From positions 122,078,001 through 122,142,000 of the forward strand of contig OX597815.1 in the NCBI GenBank assembly GCA_951406725.2: DNA of 64,000 bases, read 5' to 3'. Below the pieces are notes generated by a model. The model was given only the letters and a program-made list of their open reading frames with translations. It made no database searches and was not told where the DNA came from. Shown here one piece after another: positions 52,377-64,000 of the stretch (the first letter of the stretch is position 1; each line of letters opens with the position of its first letter). Origin of the DNA: Octopus vulgaris (Eukaryota). The position numbers and the translations under genes are program-made.

Positions 52377-52590
52377 CTTTATTAATAAAGCTGTAAAAAC
52401 ATCACAAAAACAAAAACTGTTACACAGAGTTTCACATTCCCATTTGGTGTCTGGCGAACAAGAAGATGAAACTCTGAGTAACAATTTTTGTGATGTTTTT
52501 GCAGCTTCATTAATAAAGCATATTACTCTACCTCTGGTATTCCAGTACTATTTTTTCCACTTTGTTTCACATTTATCTGCTTACTCTGGT
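52377..52590 (+). mobile_element. Penelope-like pLTR remnant with inverted partial duplicate
   Basis: Arms 52377-52434 and 52467-52518 are reverse complements (few mismatches, one 6-nt indel); contains a hammerhead motif; embedded in (TA)n. Confidence 0.65.
52448..52483 (+). ncRNA. Degenerate minimal type I hammerhead ribozyme motif
   Basis: UGU-CUGGCGA-AC AAGAAG AU-GAA-ACUC U GAGU-A-ACA: stem I UGU/ACA, stem III ACUC/GAGU, GUA cleavage triplet. Core differs from CUGANGA at one position. Confidence 0.6.
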
Positions 52591-52612
52591 ATATACATAT
52601 GTATATATACAT

Positions 52613-52649
<37 letters not shown>

Positions 52650-54508
52650 CACATAAATATATAATCATATATATATATATGTATACATGTATATATATAT
52701 GTATATATATACATATACATATACACAAATACACACACATATGCACATGCATACCCACACACACATACACACGCACACACACACATACACACATACACAC
52801 ACATACACACACACACACATATATGTATGTCTAGATTGTTTGAAGTGGTGTACATATTTCATGTATTAAGAAAAAGAATATAGTCAGGATTTTGGATAAA
52901 AGTTATTTATTTAGTGTTAATAATACTATTATGATATTTATAGAATTAGCATTCAAATGTTTAGTTCAAAATAATATACACTATAATAATTGTTAATTGT
53001 TACTGAGAATGTATTGATTTCGTTTTATTCAACAATTCATATTTTGTTTTGATTTAGCAATAAATACAACAGTCACTTCAGTCTGTATTACTATCAGAAT
53101 TTTGCAGCAACATCAAGAATAAACATAGATTTAAACTAAAGAACAATAAGTGAAGGTTTTATGTATCTTCAGTTTGAAGATATTTTGCACCACTACTCAT
53201 TCTTAAGATGATTCCATACAAAAGAGAATCATGCATACTCTGATTATATCACTATAATTTCTAAAATTAGAAATAATATTGTAAATGATATGGTAAGTTT
53301 GTTTATACCATGCATCCTAACTTAATTTCGAGTTGTATGTACTGTCATGCATGTTACTATTTTGAAGTCGACTTTGTAATTAATAGCCCCATATAATAGC
53401 ATCCTAGACATATCAAGCTATGAAATGTATGCTATTAATTCTGTGGTTAGTGAATTAGAACCTAGCTCAATATATATTCATAAAACATAAGCTGATAACA
53501 ATAGCTGATAGATGTTAAACATATATATAAATGCATTACTATAAAATACTGCGACTGAATGATGTAAATACCTTTTCCTCGTGGAATTGTTACATGGCTC
53601 ACTGTAATACCTGTGAAATGGTGGGGATATTAATAGAGTGATTGCTTTATTTCATATTGGCACAAAACCACAAATTTGCTAAGGAGAGATGTAGTCAATT
53701 ATATTGAATCAAGTAGATATCAAGTATTTAAAACCCAAAGGCATCAAAGGTAGTAATAACATTGGTGGAATTAGAATGCGGTCAGGCAAAGTTTGTTGCC
53801 ATTTAACCTGCATGGTACTTATACTGTTATTTAACCAGCATTGCGAATGATAAACATAGACACATGGGTTCTGCATTTGGAAAGAGAGATTAAAATTGAT
53901 TAAATGAATCCCCCAGTGCTTGACTGGCATTTATTCTAGTGACCCTTAAATGAATAAAAGGTGAAGTTGATCTAGCAGAACTTGGAGCCAAAACATAAAT
54001 AGGCATAACCAAATACTGCACTTTACCAATTTCTTTCTAGCACTTTGCCAATTTTTTTATCAGCTTCACATTTTGTGGATGCTATTAATAATATCATCTG
54101 GTGCAGATGTACACTGTATACATACCAATAGTGGTGGGTGAACCAGTTTAGTGATGTAAAAGAATAGGCAAATCAAACAACAGAAGTGAAAGAGCACAGC
54201 TGTAAGCTCACGTCATCATCTCAAGTACTTGCTCTTTGCTAAAGTGCATGTGTATTTAGAATATTGTATTCTTGTACTGGTTTCAGCGATAGAATTGTGG
54301 GCAAGCTAGAACACCATCTTCAAGAGCATAGTCAATTATATTGACCTAAGTACAGGACAGGTACATATTTGGTCGACCTTGAAGTAGCGGATTGGCATGC
54401 AGAGTTGACGAGGGGCAGGGGTGAATAGAGGATGTGTATTCAGAGCATGAAGGAATAAACCAAATACCACAAGTTTTGATCAATGCTCTGCAGATTTATC
54501 CAAATATG

Positions 54509-54547
<39 letters not shown>

Positions 54548-54915
54548 GCATGCACTTGTGTTGTATATGCATATATATATGCTTGTGTGTGTGTATATCT
54601 ATATATATTTATATAAGCACATACACACACACAAACACACACAAAAACACACACATACACGTTTTATATCTGTAAAATGCTTATAGTGTTTACAGGTAAC
54701 CTTTCATGATGCTCTTTTTTTTACAAACTTTAATTGCTTTAACAACTACCTGATTGTCCTGCCACTAACTAATAATGAAATCTGCCACCTGTTATGAAAG
54801 CACATATACTTTCTTCATATGTGTTAAAATAATTTGGAATCCTCTGAAATATTAGATGCACTGTTAACAAAGTTCATTATTATTATTGTCATTATGAAAG
54901 ATTAAGATTACTTAC

Positions 54916-54989
54916 CCTGCAGTTTGGTTGTGTCTTCTTCTGTACTTGCACTCCTTCTTGACACAGAGCCTTTCATTTTGTTGTACTGC
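54916..54989 (-). CDS. Exon D of multi-Ig gene; 74-nt linker exon
   Basis: Acceptor tttaaacag|G, donor CAGG|gtaagt; 74 nt (1+72+1). It exactly bridges the phase-2 end of exon C and the phase-1 start of exon E. QYNKMKGSVSRRSASTEEDTTKLQ, no stops. Confidence 0.85.
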
Positions 54990-55066
54990 CTGTTTAAAGA
55001 TATTCAAAAACACATTCACTAGATTAGCACAAAAATTATTTTAAAATATAGTATCTGGGTAAGTAA

Positions 55067-55149
<83 letters not shown>

Positions 55150-55196
55150 GTATATATATATATATGTATGTGTATATATATATATATATATATATA

Positions 55197-56058
55197 CATG
55201 GTGCGGTGAATAAACTGTCATCTAAATTATGCAAAAATGAATATAACATTGACATCTCATTTTAACATATATATTCACCAAAATTACATACGAATATCTT
55301 AAAATACTAAAGAATAAATTCATGTAATAAAATCACTATTGGCTTCAACCACGACCTCCAAACGACTTCAGAATCTCCTGCTATTTTCCTGGATGGTCTC
55401 CTTGCTTAAGTTGGTGAATGCTGCCATAATCTTTGCCTTCAGTTCATCTTTAATGTCATAAGGTGTTTTGTTGGTCTCTCACTCAACTGCACTGCACACA
55501 TAATAATCAAGGGAGTTGCAGTCTGGGGAGTTAGGTGGCCAGATGTTATGGGTAATGTGGTCGCAGAAATTGTCTGACAGCCATAACTGGGTTCTCCTGC
55601 TTGTGTGGCATGGTTCAGAGTCCTGTTGCTAGGGATAAGGTCTTCCAGCAGCCACCCTCTTCACCCTGGGCAGCACTACCTCCTCCAGGCACTTGATGTA
55701 GGCCTCTGTGCTGAGTCTGAGGCAGTGTTGGAAGATGAATGGAGGCATAACATTACAATAACTAGTGATCACTTCAAACACCATCATGTTGACTGGATGT
55801 TTGATTTTTATCACTCTTGGTACATTTCCTCAGATTGACACCCAAACACTCTGAAATGTTTGTATTGGAGCTTCCTGTATGACTGCCAAGCACTACAGCA
55901 TGTTGTTTCCAAATTTCTGGCAGAGTAACTGCACCATGGTGCTGTTTTTCTCACATACAGTGCCCTACTGAACCTACCATGCTGAGTAGTCGACAAAACA
56001 AACAATGCACATGCACGAAATTAAAAATATAAAATGGCAACATTTTATCCACTACCTT
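55197..56058 (-). mobile_element. Decayed, internally deleted Tc1/mariner-superfamily transposon (maT, DD37D)
   Basis: Minus strand QQDSEPCHTSRRTQLWLSDNFCDHITHNIWPPNSPDCNSLDYY has 37 residues between the last two catalytic Asp. Degenerate TIRs at about 55197-55222 and 56034-56058, TA flanks, internal stops. Confidence 0.85.
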
Positions 56059-56440
56059 TATAAACAAGGCTAATTTAGCTGTTTCTTAGTAGATTGAAAA
56101 ATGAAACAATGAACAACCTTAATTAACTTTCAGATCTTATTCTCATCAGAGGCATCTGCCTCAATTTGATCTGTACTAAGCAAACAAGCAGTCAATCTGT
56201 TTATATACTCAGTAATTGCAGTAGCTACAGAGAACTGGGGCTACTAATTAGCATACTATAAGTGTTAACACCTTATTTCAAGTATTAGGGTCCTTGTCAT
56301 ATTTCATCATCATCATTATCATCAACATCTAAAATCTGTTTTCCATGCTGGCATGAGTTAGATGGTTTGACTGGAAACTGGCAAGCCAGATGGCTGCACC
56401 AGGCTCCAATCTGATCTGGCAGAGTTTCTACAGCTGGATG

Positions 56441-56480
<40 letters not shown>

Positions 56481-56486
56481 CTTTTA

Positions 56487-56853
56487 TTTGTTTCAGTCAT
56501 TTGACTGTGGCCATGCTGGAACACCACCTTTAGTCAAACAAATCAACCCCAGGATTTATTCTTTGTAAACCTAGTACTTATTCTATCAGTCTCTTTTGCC
56601 AAACCGCTACGTTATGGGGACATAGACACATCAACATCAGTTGTCAAGCATTGGTGGGAGAAGAAACACAGACACACAAACATACACACACATACAACGG
56701 GCTTCTTTCAGTTTCCATCTATGAAATCCACTCACAAGGCTTTGGTCAGCCCAAGGCTATAGTAGAAGACACTTGTCCAAGGTGCCACATGTGGAACTGA
56801 ACCCGGAAGCATATGGTTGGTAAGCAAACTACTTACCATACAGCCACTCCTGC
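56487..56853 (-). mobile_element. SINE family 1 copy
   Basis: Colinear with 51750-52144. Confidence 0.85.
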
Positions 56854-56959
56854 ATATTATATGTATGTACATATATACACACATGCACATATGCTTATAT
56901 ATATATATATGTGTGTACATATATGTATTTGTTTAGCTCATACCCTTCCTGTCTTACTA

Positions 56960-57350
56960 AAAGAATAACACTTCCTCTGGCTGGAACATGTACACTGCAT
57001 ATCAGATGGGAGAATCTCAAAAGACCTGCTGTATGGTGACCTGGCCTCCAGTAAAAGAAAACAGGGACAGCCCCATCTTTTTACTGCTGTCTGCAAGGAA
57101 AATATGTATTCTCTTTGTATGAACATTGAAAAGTGGCAAAATATCGCTGATAATTGCTTATGCTGGTGACTGAAACTAAAGTCTGCTTATGAAGAAAAGT
57201 AAATTTGACAGAAAACAGCACCATGACAAGACTTGCAAGCAGCACTTTCAAGTGATTTCGTCCCAGTTGGGATTTGTCACTCACACAGATCTCTACAATC
57301 ACAGTGGATGCTACTCTGCTGGGAAGACCAAAACGGGGTGCATATCTACG
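56960..57350 (+). mobile_element. RTE-clade LINE 3' fragment
   Basis: FLWLEHVHCISDGRISKDLLYGDLASSKRKQGQPH resembles RTE C-terminal LRWLGHV.RM...RIPK.LLYG.L..G.R..GRP. Confidence 0.75.
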
Positions 57351-57826
57351 ATCTCACAAAAAAATGTCTTCCTCCTCCTCCTTCTCCTCATCATCATCAT
57401 CATCCTGCTCCTTCTTCTCTTCCTCTTGCTCCTGCTCTTCCTCTTGCTCCTCCTCCAGCTTTACATGTATTTACATATTGAAGTAAGAATGGCAGATGAA
57501 CACAAGTGAACACAATGAGTGCATTGACATGGAATACAAATATAAAGGAATAATGAAATAGTCTTATCTTTACAACTGTTTCAGATGAACCATGACTGAT
57601 ACCATAATCATGTATTTTATATAATAAAGAACCATCATAGTATGAAATAACACATTTTTTTCTATAGATCAGAGAGGGAAAATCGTGTTCTCATGAGATT
57701 CTGGCTGAGGTCGTAGTGCAGAGCATTGCTTACAGATGCATAGGTTCTTAGAAATAGTGAAGTAAATCTTCTATTAGAGTTAAAGTGATACCAATGTTTG
57801 GAATTAATAAAAATTCAATAAATTAC

Positions 57827-58031
57827 CTATCATATCCTTTCTTGCTCTTCTTGTTGACTGTAACCGAACAGGAAGTTTCTATGATGCCAAATACATTAGC
57901 AGCTCGAACAATATATTCACCACGATCTGTGATCATTACAGCTGGGATTTCAAGGGTCTGCAAGGTTCCATAAGCTATAATTCTGTGGCGAGCGTCATAT
58001 GTAAGCTGCCGAACACCTTTCTGCCAGGTAA
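57827..58031 (-). CDS. Exon C of multi-Ig gene; C-terminal half of Ig domain
   Basis: Acceptor tttacag|TT, donor AG|gtaatt; 205 nt (2+201+2), joins exon B as A|TT (Ile). TWQKGVRQLTYDARHRIIAYGTLQTLEIPAVMITDRGEYIVRAANVFGIIETSCSVTVNKKSKKGYD contains W.K, L.I and DxGxY..AxN.FG. Confidence 0.94.
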
Positions 58032-58107
58032 CTGTAAAGTTTGAAATAAATGAAGCATAAATTTACACAAGGATTGCAAAAATATATTTTATCTGCTTTT
58101 AGCTTTT

Positions 58108-58500
58108 TCTTGTTTCAGTCATTTGACTCTGGTTATGTTTGGGGCACCTCCTTGAAGGGTTTGATCGAACAAATTGACTCTGGTACTAATTTTTTGTCAT
58201 GAGTACTTATTGTGTTGGTCTTTTTTGCTGAACCAATAAGTAATGAGAATGTAAGCAAACCAAGTATTGGAGGGGGGGAGCAACATACAAACACATAGAC
58301 ACACACACAAACACAAAAACACATACAAACACACACACACATACATCAAACTTCCTCAGAGTTTCTATCTACTGGATTTACTCACAAGGCAATGGTTGGC
58401 TAGGGACTATAATAGAAAACACTTCCACAAGGTATCACACACTGGGACTGAACTTGAAACCACATAGTTTCAAACTGAGCTTCTTAACCCACAACCATGA
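58108..58500 (-). mobile_element. SINE family 1 copy (diverged)
   Basis: Colinear with 51750-52144. Confidence 0.75.
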
Positions 58501-58904
58501 TGGCATTTATGTTTATTTTTCTCAAATTAAAATGTTCATTTGTTTAAAGGATATGGTAAATTTAAAGAGTTTATCTCGCAATTTGACAAATATCTTATGT
58601 ATTTATTTCACTATTGCCCATAGAGGGCTAAACATAGAAAGGACAAACAAGGACAGACAAAGGGATTCAGTCAATTACATCAACCCCAGTGCATAATTGG
58701 TACTTATTTAATTGACACTAAAATGATGAAAGGCGAAGTCTACCTTGGCAGAATACAAATGTCTAATATATTGGCTACTGAGAAATGAAAATCAAAACCA
58801 ACTTGAAAAGACTTGAACTTTAAATGTAAGATGGCAAGAAATAAATGATTGATGAAATTAAACCCAGCATTTTGTTTATTCTGATTCATATCCTTTTATG
58901 CTAT

Positions 58905-59330
58905 TACTTGTTTTAACTATGAACTGTGGCCATGCTGGAGCACATGCTTGAAGGGTTTGGTCAAACAAATTTATTCTATTACTTATCCTATTTAAGCCTG
59001 TTACTTATTCCTTCAGTCTCTCTTGCCAAACCACTAATTTACGGAGATGTAAACAAAACAACAACAGATTTCAAGTGGTATGGACACTCACACACACACA
59101 CTCACACACACACTCACATACAAACATGCACACACTCACACACAAACATGCACACACATACATATGACAAGCTTCCATACAGTTTCCTCTTACAAAATTC
59201 CTTCACAAGGTATTGGTCAGTTCAAGTGTATAGTAGATGACTCTTGCCCAAGGTACTGTGCATTGGGACTGAACCCAAACAATGTGATTGCTAAACAATC
59301 TTCTTAACCACATAGCTATGCCTGCACCTA
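58905..59330 (-). mobile_element. SINE family 1 copy (diverged)
   Basis: Colinear with 51750-52144. Confidence 0.75.
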
Positions 59331-61128
59331 AGAAACATTCTTGAAGATAATAAACAAAAGTTTATAGTTCTGTGGTACCTGCTCACACGAAAATATCAAC
59401 ATTTTGAATTTATTTCCATGAAACAACTTTGTGTTATTCTTACTTTTTCTTTTTGTTACATATTTATGAAATAACAAATAAACATGTTATGAACTAAGTG
59501 CTAAGATTTTAATAAAAATTATATTAGATATTAATAAACATCACTTTGATACTGAAAAATAATGTAGCTGTAGGTCCATAGTCTGTCTCTTTTCTATGTT
59601 AATTTAGTGATGTGCAAGTTCCAACACCTGTGACAGATGATTCTCATCTGCTACACTATATGTGTGTACTTTTATGATTGAATGCCTATATGAGAGTATC
59701 TCTCAAGTATCTCTCAAGGCTAATAAGGCAGTATTCAATGTTCTAACAAGACATCTATGCTAAGTTGCATTAAAGATTACTTTTTGGTATTAATACTGAT
59801 TCTGGCTCAATTAATTATTAAATTCATGCTTATAATATCTAAAATCAACTAATGAACAAATTATTTTACTTTAAGGACTTCATTACTTTGTCTTAACAAT
59901 GAGGCTCCATCAGCTGTCACTTCTTGAAATAATGAGAAAATAGAATATAATGAAGTGTGTGATTATTTTCTCTTCTCACTCAAAATTTTAAAATTATTTT
60001 ATGCAGATTTTTCTATAATTGAAAATATCAAAAATGAAGAAAGAAATAAAAATGACTCATGTACAGTATTTATCCCTTTTGATACCAGTCTGCCTAAGAT
60101 TGCCCTTAGTTTAATGATACAAATTCCTTGTTTTAAAATTATCTAAATCAAACTTTCCTTCAAAATTTCATGTTAAGTTCTAAACATCAGCTGATAAGGA
60201 AACAATTATTTTACTAAATTCTTCATTATTTTAAAAATTAATTGTAACAAAGACAGTGTATTTCTACAGATATGTGGCAACTAAAGTGTTTAAAAAGAGG
60301 AGCTGTAGAACTTGGCTGGAAGTGGATAAGGATTAAAAAAAAGTATCCAAAGCATGGCAATGTTCTATTAATTTCAAGAGCTTTTTCATGTTAGAGATGG
60401 AAGTCAGTATTTCCAGATGTCTTTCATAAACATTAGTTTCTTTGTTAGCTTCTTTTTTTGTTTTGTTTTTTTAGATAAGATTCCTTTCAACTAATATAAG
60501 AGCTGCAACACTTTACAATGAACCAAAAAGGATTGTGATACAGGTATCTAATAGCATACTAACATCTAAGAATAATGCAGACACAAATGTTAACTTCAGC
60601 ATTCTTATCATAAGAATAAGTGTGTCTTGAAAGCATACAGTTCATAGCAATCTAGTGCAGAATTACCCAATATCTTCTATATAACTGCTTTTGTTAAACA
60701 TAATGCTAGAATATTAGATATAGTGAAGGACATGATATGGAATGAAGAGAGTGATTAGTTTCTGATATTTAGCAGCTGTTAATGGAGCCCAGCATTACTT
60801 TTTATTTATGTTGAGGCTGCATTTATAAAATTATGAAAATGACAGAATCACAAATATAGGGAATAACATATGATCTTGGACTTTTGGGTTCTTGTGTCCT
60901 TTATTATGAAAAAACAAATGTGTTTCTGTGAGAAAGTTAGATTTCAAAACTTCAGGATTAACCCCAGAAACATTTCAGGTAAGGCTTGAATTAGAGAGAG
61001 GCTCAAATTCATAACAATCTACACTTTGATCACATACTCTCACTGACTTGGGTTTTCAACCCTGAATAAATTTATTGCATGTCTAAATATGATACATGAT
61101 TTGAATACATTTGGGTGCGTGCACATTC

Positions 61129-61129
<1 letters not shown>

Positions 61130-61196
<67 letters not shown>

Positions 61197-61213
61197 TGTG
61201 TGTGTGTGTGTGT
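61130..61213. repeat. (GT)n microsatellite
   Basis: Direct reading. Confidence 0.97.
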
Positions 61214-61294
61214 ATGATTGCATGAGTAAGTGTTTGTCCTTAACATATTTTTAAAGTATATATAAAATAGATAAGTTTAAAACAGAATACTTAC

Positions 61295-61507
61295 TGACAG
61301 GAGAAGGGATGCCTTCAATTGAACAATCAAGACGGAGTTTTTCACCTTCATTTAGCTCAATTTTTTTAGCGAGCATCATTGTAAAATAAGGTGGTTGTCC
61401 TGGTGTTAGCATACGGTCAGCTACATCAAGGTCAGGAGCTTTTTCAAACTTCTGAAGACTATATGACCTCTCTTGAGAAGTTTGACGACTATGTGTAGCA
61501 CTGACAC
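61295..61507 (-). CDS. Exon B of multi-Ig gene; linker plus N-terminal half of next Ig domain
   Basis: Acceptor tttaag|GT, donor A|gtaagt; 213 nt (2+210+1), phase fits exon A (G|GT). VSATHSRQTSQERSYSLQKFEKAPDLDVADRMLTPGQPPYFTMMLAKKIELNEGEKLRLDCSIEGIPSPV contains PxF...EGE..L.C...G.P.P. Confidence 0.93.
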
Positions 61508-61714
61508 CTTAAATAAATACCAGAATATAAACTAATTTAGAAATATTTAAAATCAAAATATTTTATTGTAAGTTTTAAAATATCTGGTTAAGTGGTATGG
61601 AAATAAATGATGTTCTAAGAAGGAGAATGGTGACAATCAAATTTGTTGTTTGAAAACTTAAATATCAAGAGTTAAGAATAGAGTCAGAATGAAGAATAAG
61701 GAAATGAGGCTTAC

Positions 61715-61890
61715 CGACTATACGCAAGCGTGTTGAGCATGTTGTCCGTCCAGCACTATTGTGGGCTGTACATGAATAAAGACCTGAATCATTTTCTTCT
61801 ACCTTATGTATGATCAGCCTGCAACCACCATGATTATCTACAAAAACTTGGCAGCGTCTGTTATCTTCGACATTAATTCCATCTTTGCTC
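61715..61890 (-). CDS. Exon A of multi-Ig (I-set) titin/obscurin/UNC-89/MLCK-like gene; C-terminal half of an Ig domain
   Basis: Acceptor tttccag|G, donor G|gtaag; 176 nt (1+174+1). Translates (W)SKDGINVEDNRRCQVFVDNHGGCRLIIHKVEENDSGLYSCTAHNSAGRTTCSTRLRIV, with WxKDG and DSGLYSCTAHN I-set motifs. Confidence 0.95.
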
Positions 61891-62354
61891 CTGGAAAGAG
61901 AATCAATTAAGTAAGCTTTGCATATTTGTTTTTAATAATAAACTCAAAAGAGATTATCAATACTTCCATTAACATTGTTGAAGATTATTAAATGGATTCT
62001 TATCAATAGAGAGTTAGGCTGACTGCTTGGTCTCTACATGCATCTTATGTCAATTCTTTATGAATGAAGCCAGCAATGCCATTCAGTATTTTATTATTGT
62101 CATCATCATCATCAATAACAACAACAACCACCCTGGACGTTACTGTCTCAAATCCTTGTAGCACTCATAGGGTCAGTTACCCAGTTTCTATGGCATATAA
62201 GTGACTGAGATCTCAGCTTACCCATCAAAGAGGATGTCAGTCCATTACAGAATTACTCACTGGTAGTTGAGTGGACTGGAGGCTCATAAAATGAAGAGTT
62301 TTGCTCAAGAACACAATACACTGGCCAATTTAGGAATCAAAGCCACAATTGTAA

Positions 62355-62511
62355 CAGGAGCAGACTGAGCTGTCAGTCGATCGAGCACTGCCTGATGGCC
62401 TGGAGCTCTGAGGGCCCACATTCTACATCTTAACTCTACTAAAACACACATTCAAAGAGGCCCAGTAAACAGTTTTGCCCGAGAGCCCTTAATACTTTCA
62501 GTCCACCCCTG
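62355..62511. mobile_element. MITE with imperfect 14-bp TIRs (hAT-like ends), abutting a SINE relic
   Basis: caggagcagactga ... tcagtccacccctg; GC-rich interior. Confidence 0.6.
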
Positions 62512-63118
62512 TTATCCAATGTTTCTCTTAAAGATGGTGTAGTAGGGATTGAAAAACAAGGTAGACAAATTGAATAAAATTAATATTGTTTCAAACTTTA
62601 AATAGTTGTTGACCACCCTAACCCTTTCTATTATAGGAACAAGGCCTAAAAACTATAATATGGATGCAAACACTATTTTGCTTTCTCATTAGTATAAGGG
62701 GGAAGGGAAAAAACTCCTGACTGTTTTGAAGGTGGTGTTGGTAGTGGTGGCAGTGTTTGGTAATTATGATAGTGAGTTGATATTCATCAGTTTGAGAACT
62801 ACTGATATACGGAAAATCAACTTAGTGGTACCCAAGCATGGAAAGTGATGAATTCAGTTATAAAATTACATAACGTCTTGCTTGCTAAGTGAAATGGACA
62901 ATCAAGAGTTAAGTGCCCTGACTATAGCAAACACAGCACAGATGACAAGATATACACACTGTCAACCACTTGAATACTACTTCAACACCTTATTAACTCA
63001 GCCATCAATAATTCTTATACTCTAGTAAAACCTTTTAAGACAAAAGATCTAACTGCAAAACAACACCAGTTGGTTTCCTTTTAAGTTTCAGACAGAGGAG
63101 CTAATATTTGTTCATCTT

Positions 63119-63330
63119 AAGGTGGCGAGCTGGCAGAAACATTAGCACACCGGCCAAAATGCTTTGCAGTATTTTGTCTGTCTTTATGTTCTGAGTTCAA
63201 ATTCCGCCTAGGTTGACTTTGCCTTATTCTTTCAGGGTTGATAAATCAAGTATCAGTTGTGTACTGGCATCAATCTAATCGACTGGCCCCCTCTCCAAAA
63301 TAGGCCTTGTGCCTAGAGTAGGAAAGAATA
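63119..63330 (+). mobile_element. SINE-like family 4
   Basis: ggtggcgagctggcagaaac...gagttcaaattcc (A/B-box-like), ggttgactttgcctt. Relics near 39700-39820, 48300-48520, 50840-50960 and 63540-63690. Confidence 0.7.
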
Positions 63331-63725
63331 TTTGTCTTTAATTTTCTGTTCCATCTCACCTGAGTGATCATGATAGGAGTTCAAATTAGGTTAGTATAGA
63401 TTTCTGGACTGTAAATAGGCAGGAAAGCTGCGTACTTATGATTTGATGAAGTTTCAAACTGCTACATTATTAAAATATATATTAGTGCTGAAGTTTGATA
63501 GAATCATTACAACATAAGAGAAAAATTTACTTGTATTATTTGTTCTGGCTCCTTAATGTTTTGAGTTCAAAGTTCTCTGAGGTCAACTTTGCCTGTTGAG
63601 AAAATAGACTATCAAGTGAAGCACTGGAGTTGATCGAATTAACTAACTTCTTTCCAAATTTCTGTCCTTATGCCTAAGTTAGAAATTAGTATCAAAGTAT
63701 GCATACACATGCACACACATAATAC

Positions 63726-63773
<48 letters not shown>

Positions 63774-64000
63774 TTCACTAAGGCATAGTGATACTAATAA
63801 TCAGTTGTTAGAACTCCGTATACTTATACTTTAGAGTAAAGTGTTAAGCAAGTATAGAGTGTAATATCAATTAATAAATGACAAAAGAACAGGAGTTATG
63901 CAACAGCTGTCATTGGCTTACAGCTATTTCTGCTATAAGAAGCAGTGCACTCAAAGATGAGAGCTTGTGCAGCATCCTGTAGTTTCCTCAGAGCCATTGA

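Noticed and set aside
37242-61890. Assigning a gene symbol (TTN, OBSCN, unc-89, MYLK)
   Set aside because: Only generic I-set domains are visible; no kinase, RhoGEF or FnIII domain in the window to discriminate.

Overview
AT-rich, microsatellite- and SINE-dense metazoan DNA. The repeat content resembles octopus/cephalopod genomes, which is an inference from repeat style only. Five minus-strand exons (61890-61715, 61507-61295, 58031-57827, 54989-54916, 37599-37242) have canonical GT/AG ends and matching phases. They splice into one open frame encoding tandem I-set Ig domains of a titin/obscurin/UNC-89/MLCK-like protein; neither end of the gene was identified. A nearly intact, full-length CR1-group LINE lies at about 14143-18563 (-), with PHD/polyQ ORF1, APE-RT ORF2, a 3' stem-loop and an (ATT)n tail. 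Its ORF2 has no usable ATG, sits in the -1 frame of ORF1, and is joined to it by a canonical G_GGA_AAC slippery heptamer directly before the ORF1 stop. This suggests retrovirus-style programmed -1 frameshifting and is the most interesting observation. The window also holds Penelope-like remnants with minimal hammerhead-ribozyme motifs and long inverted repeats, a DD37D (maT) transposon relic, decayed RTE, R4/Dong and CR1/L2-type RT fragments, MITEs, and about four SINE-like families. Most ORFs in the supplied track are microsatellite artefacts. All family assignments come from motif recognition by eye, not database searches.
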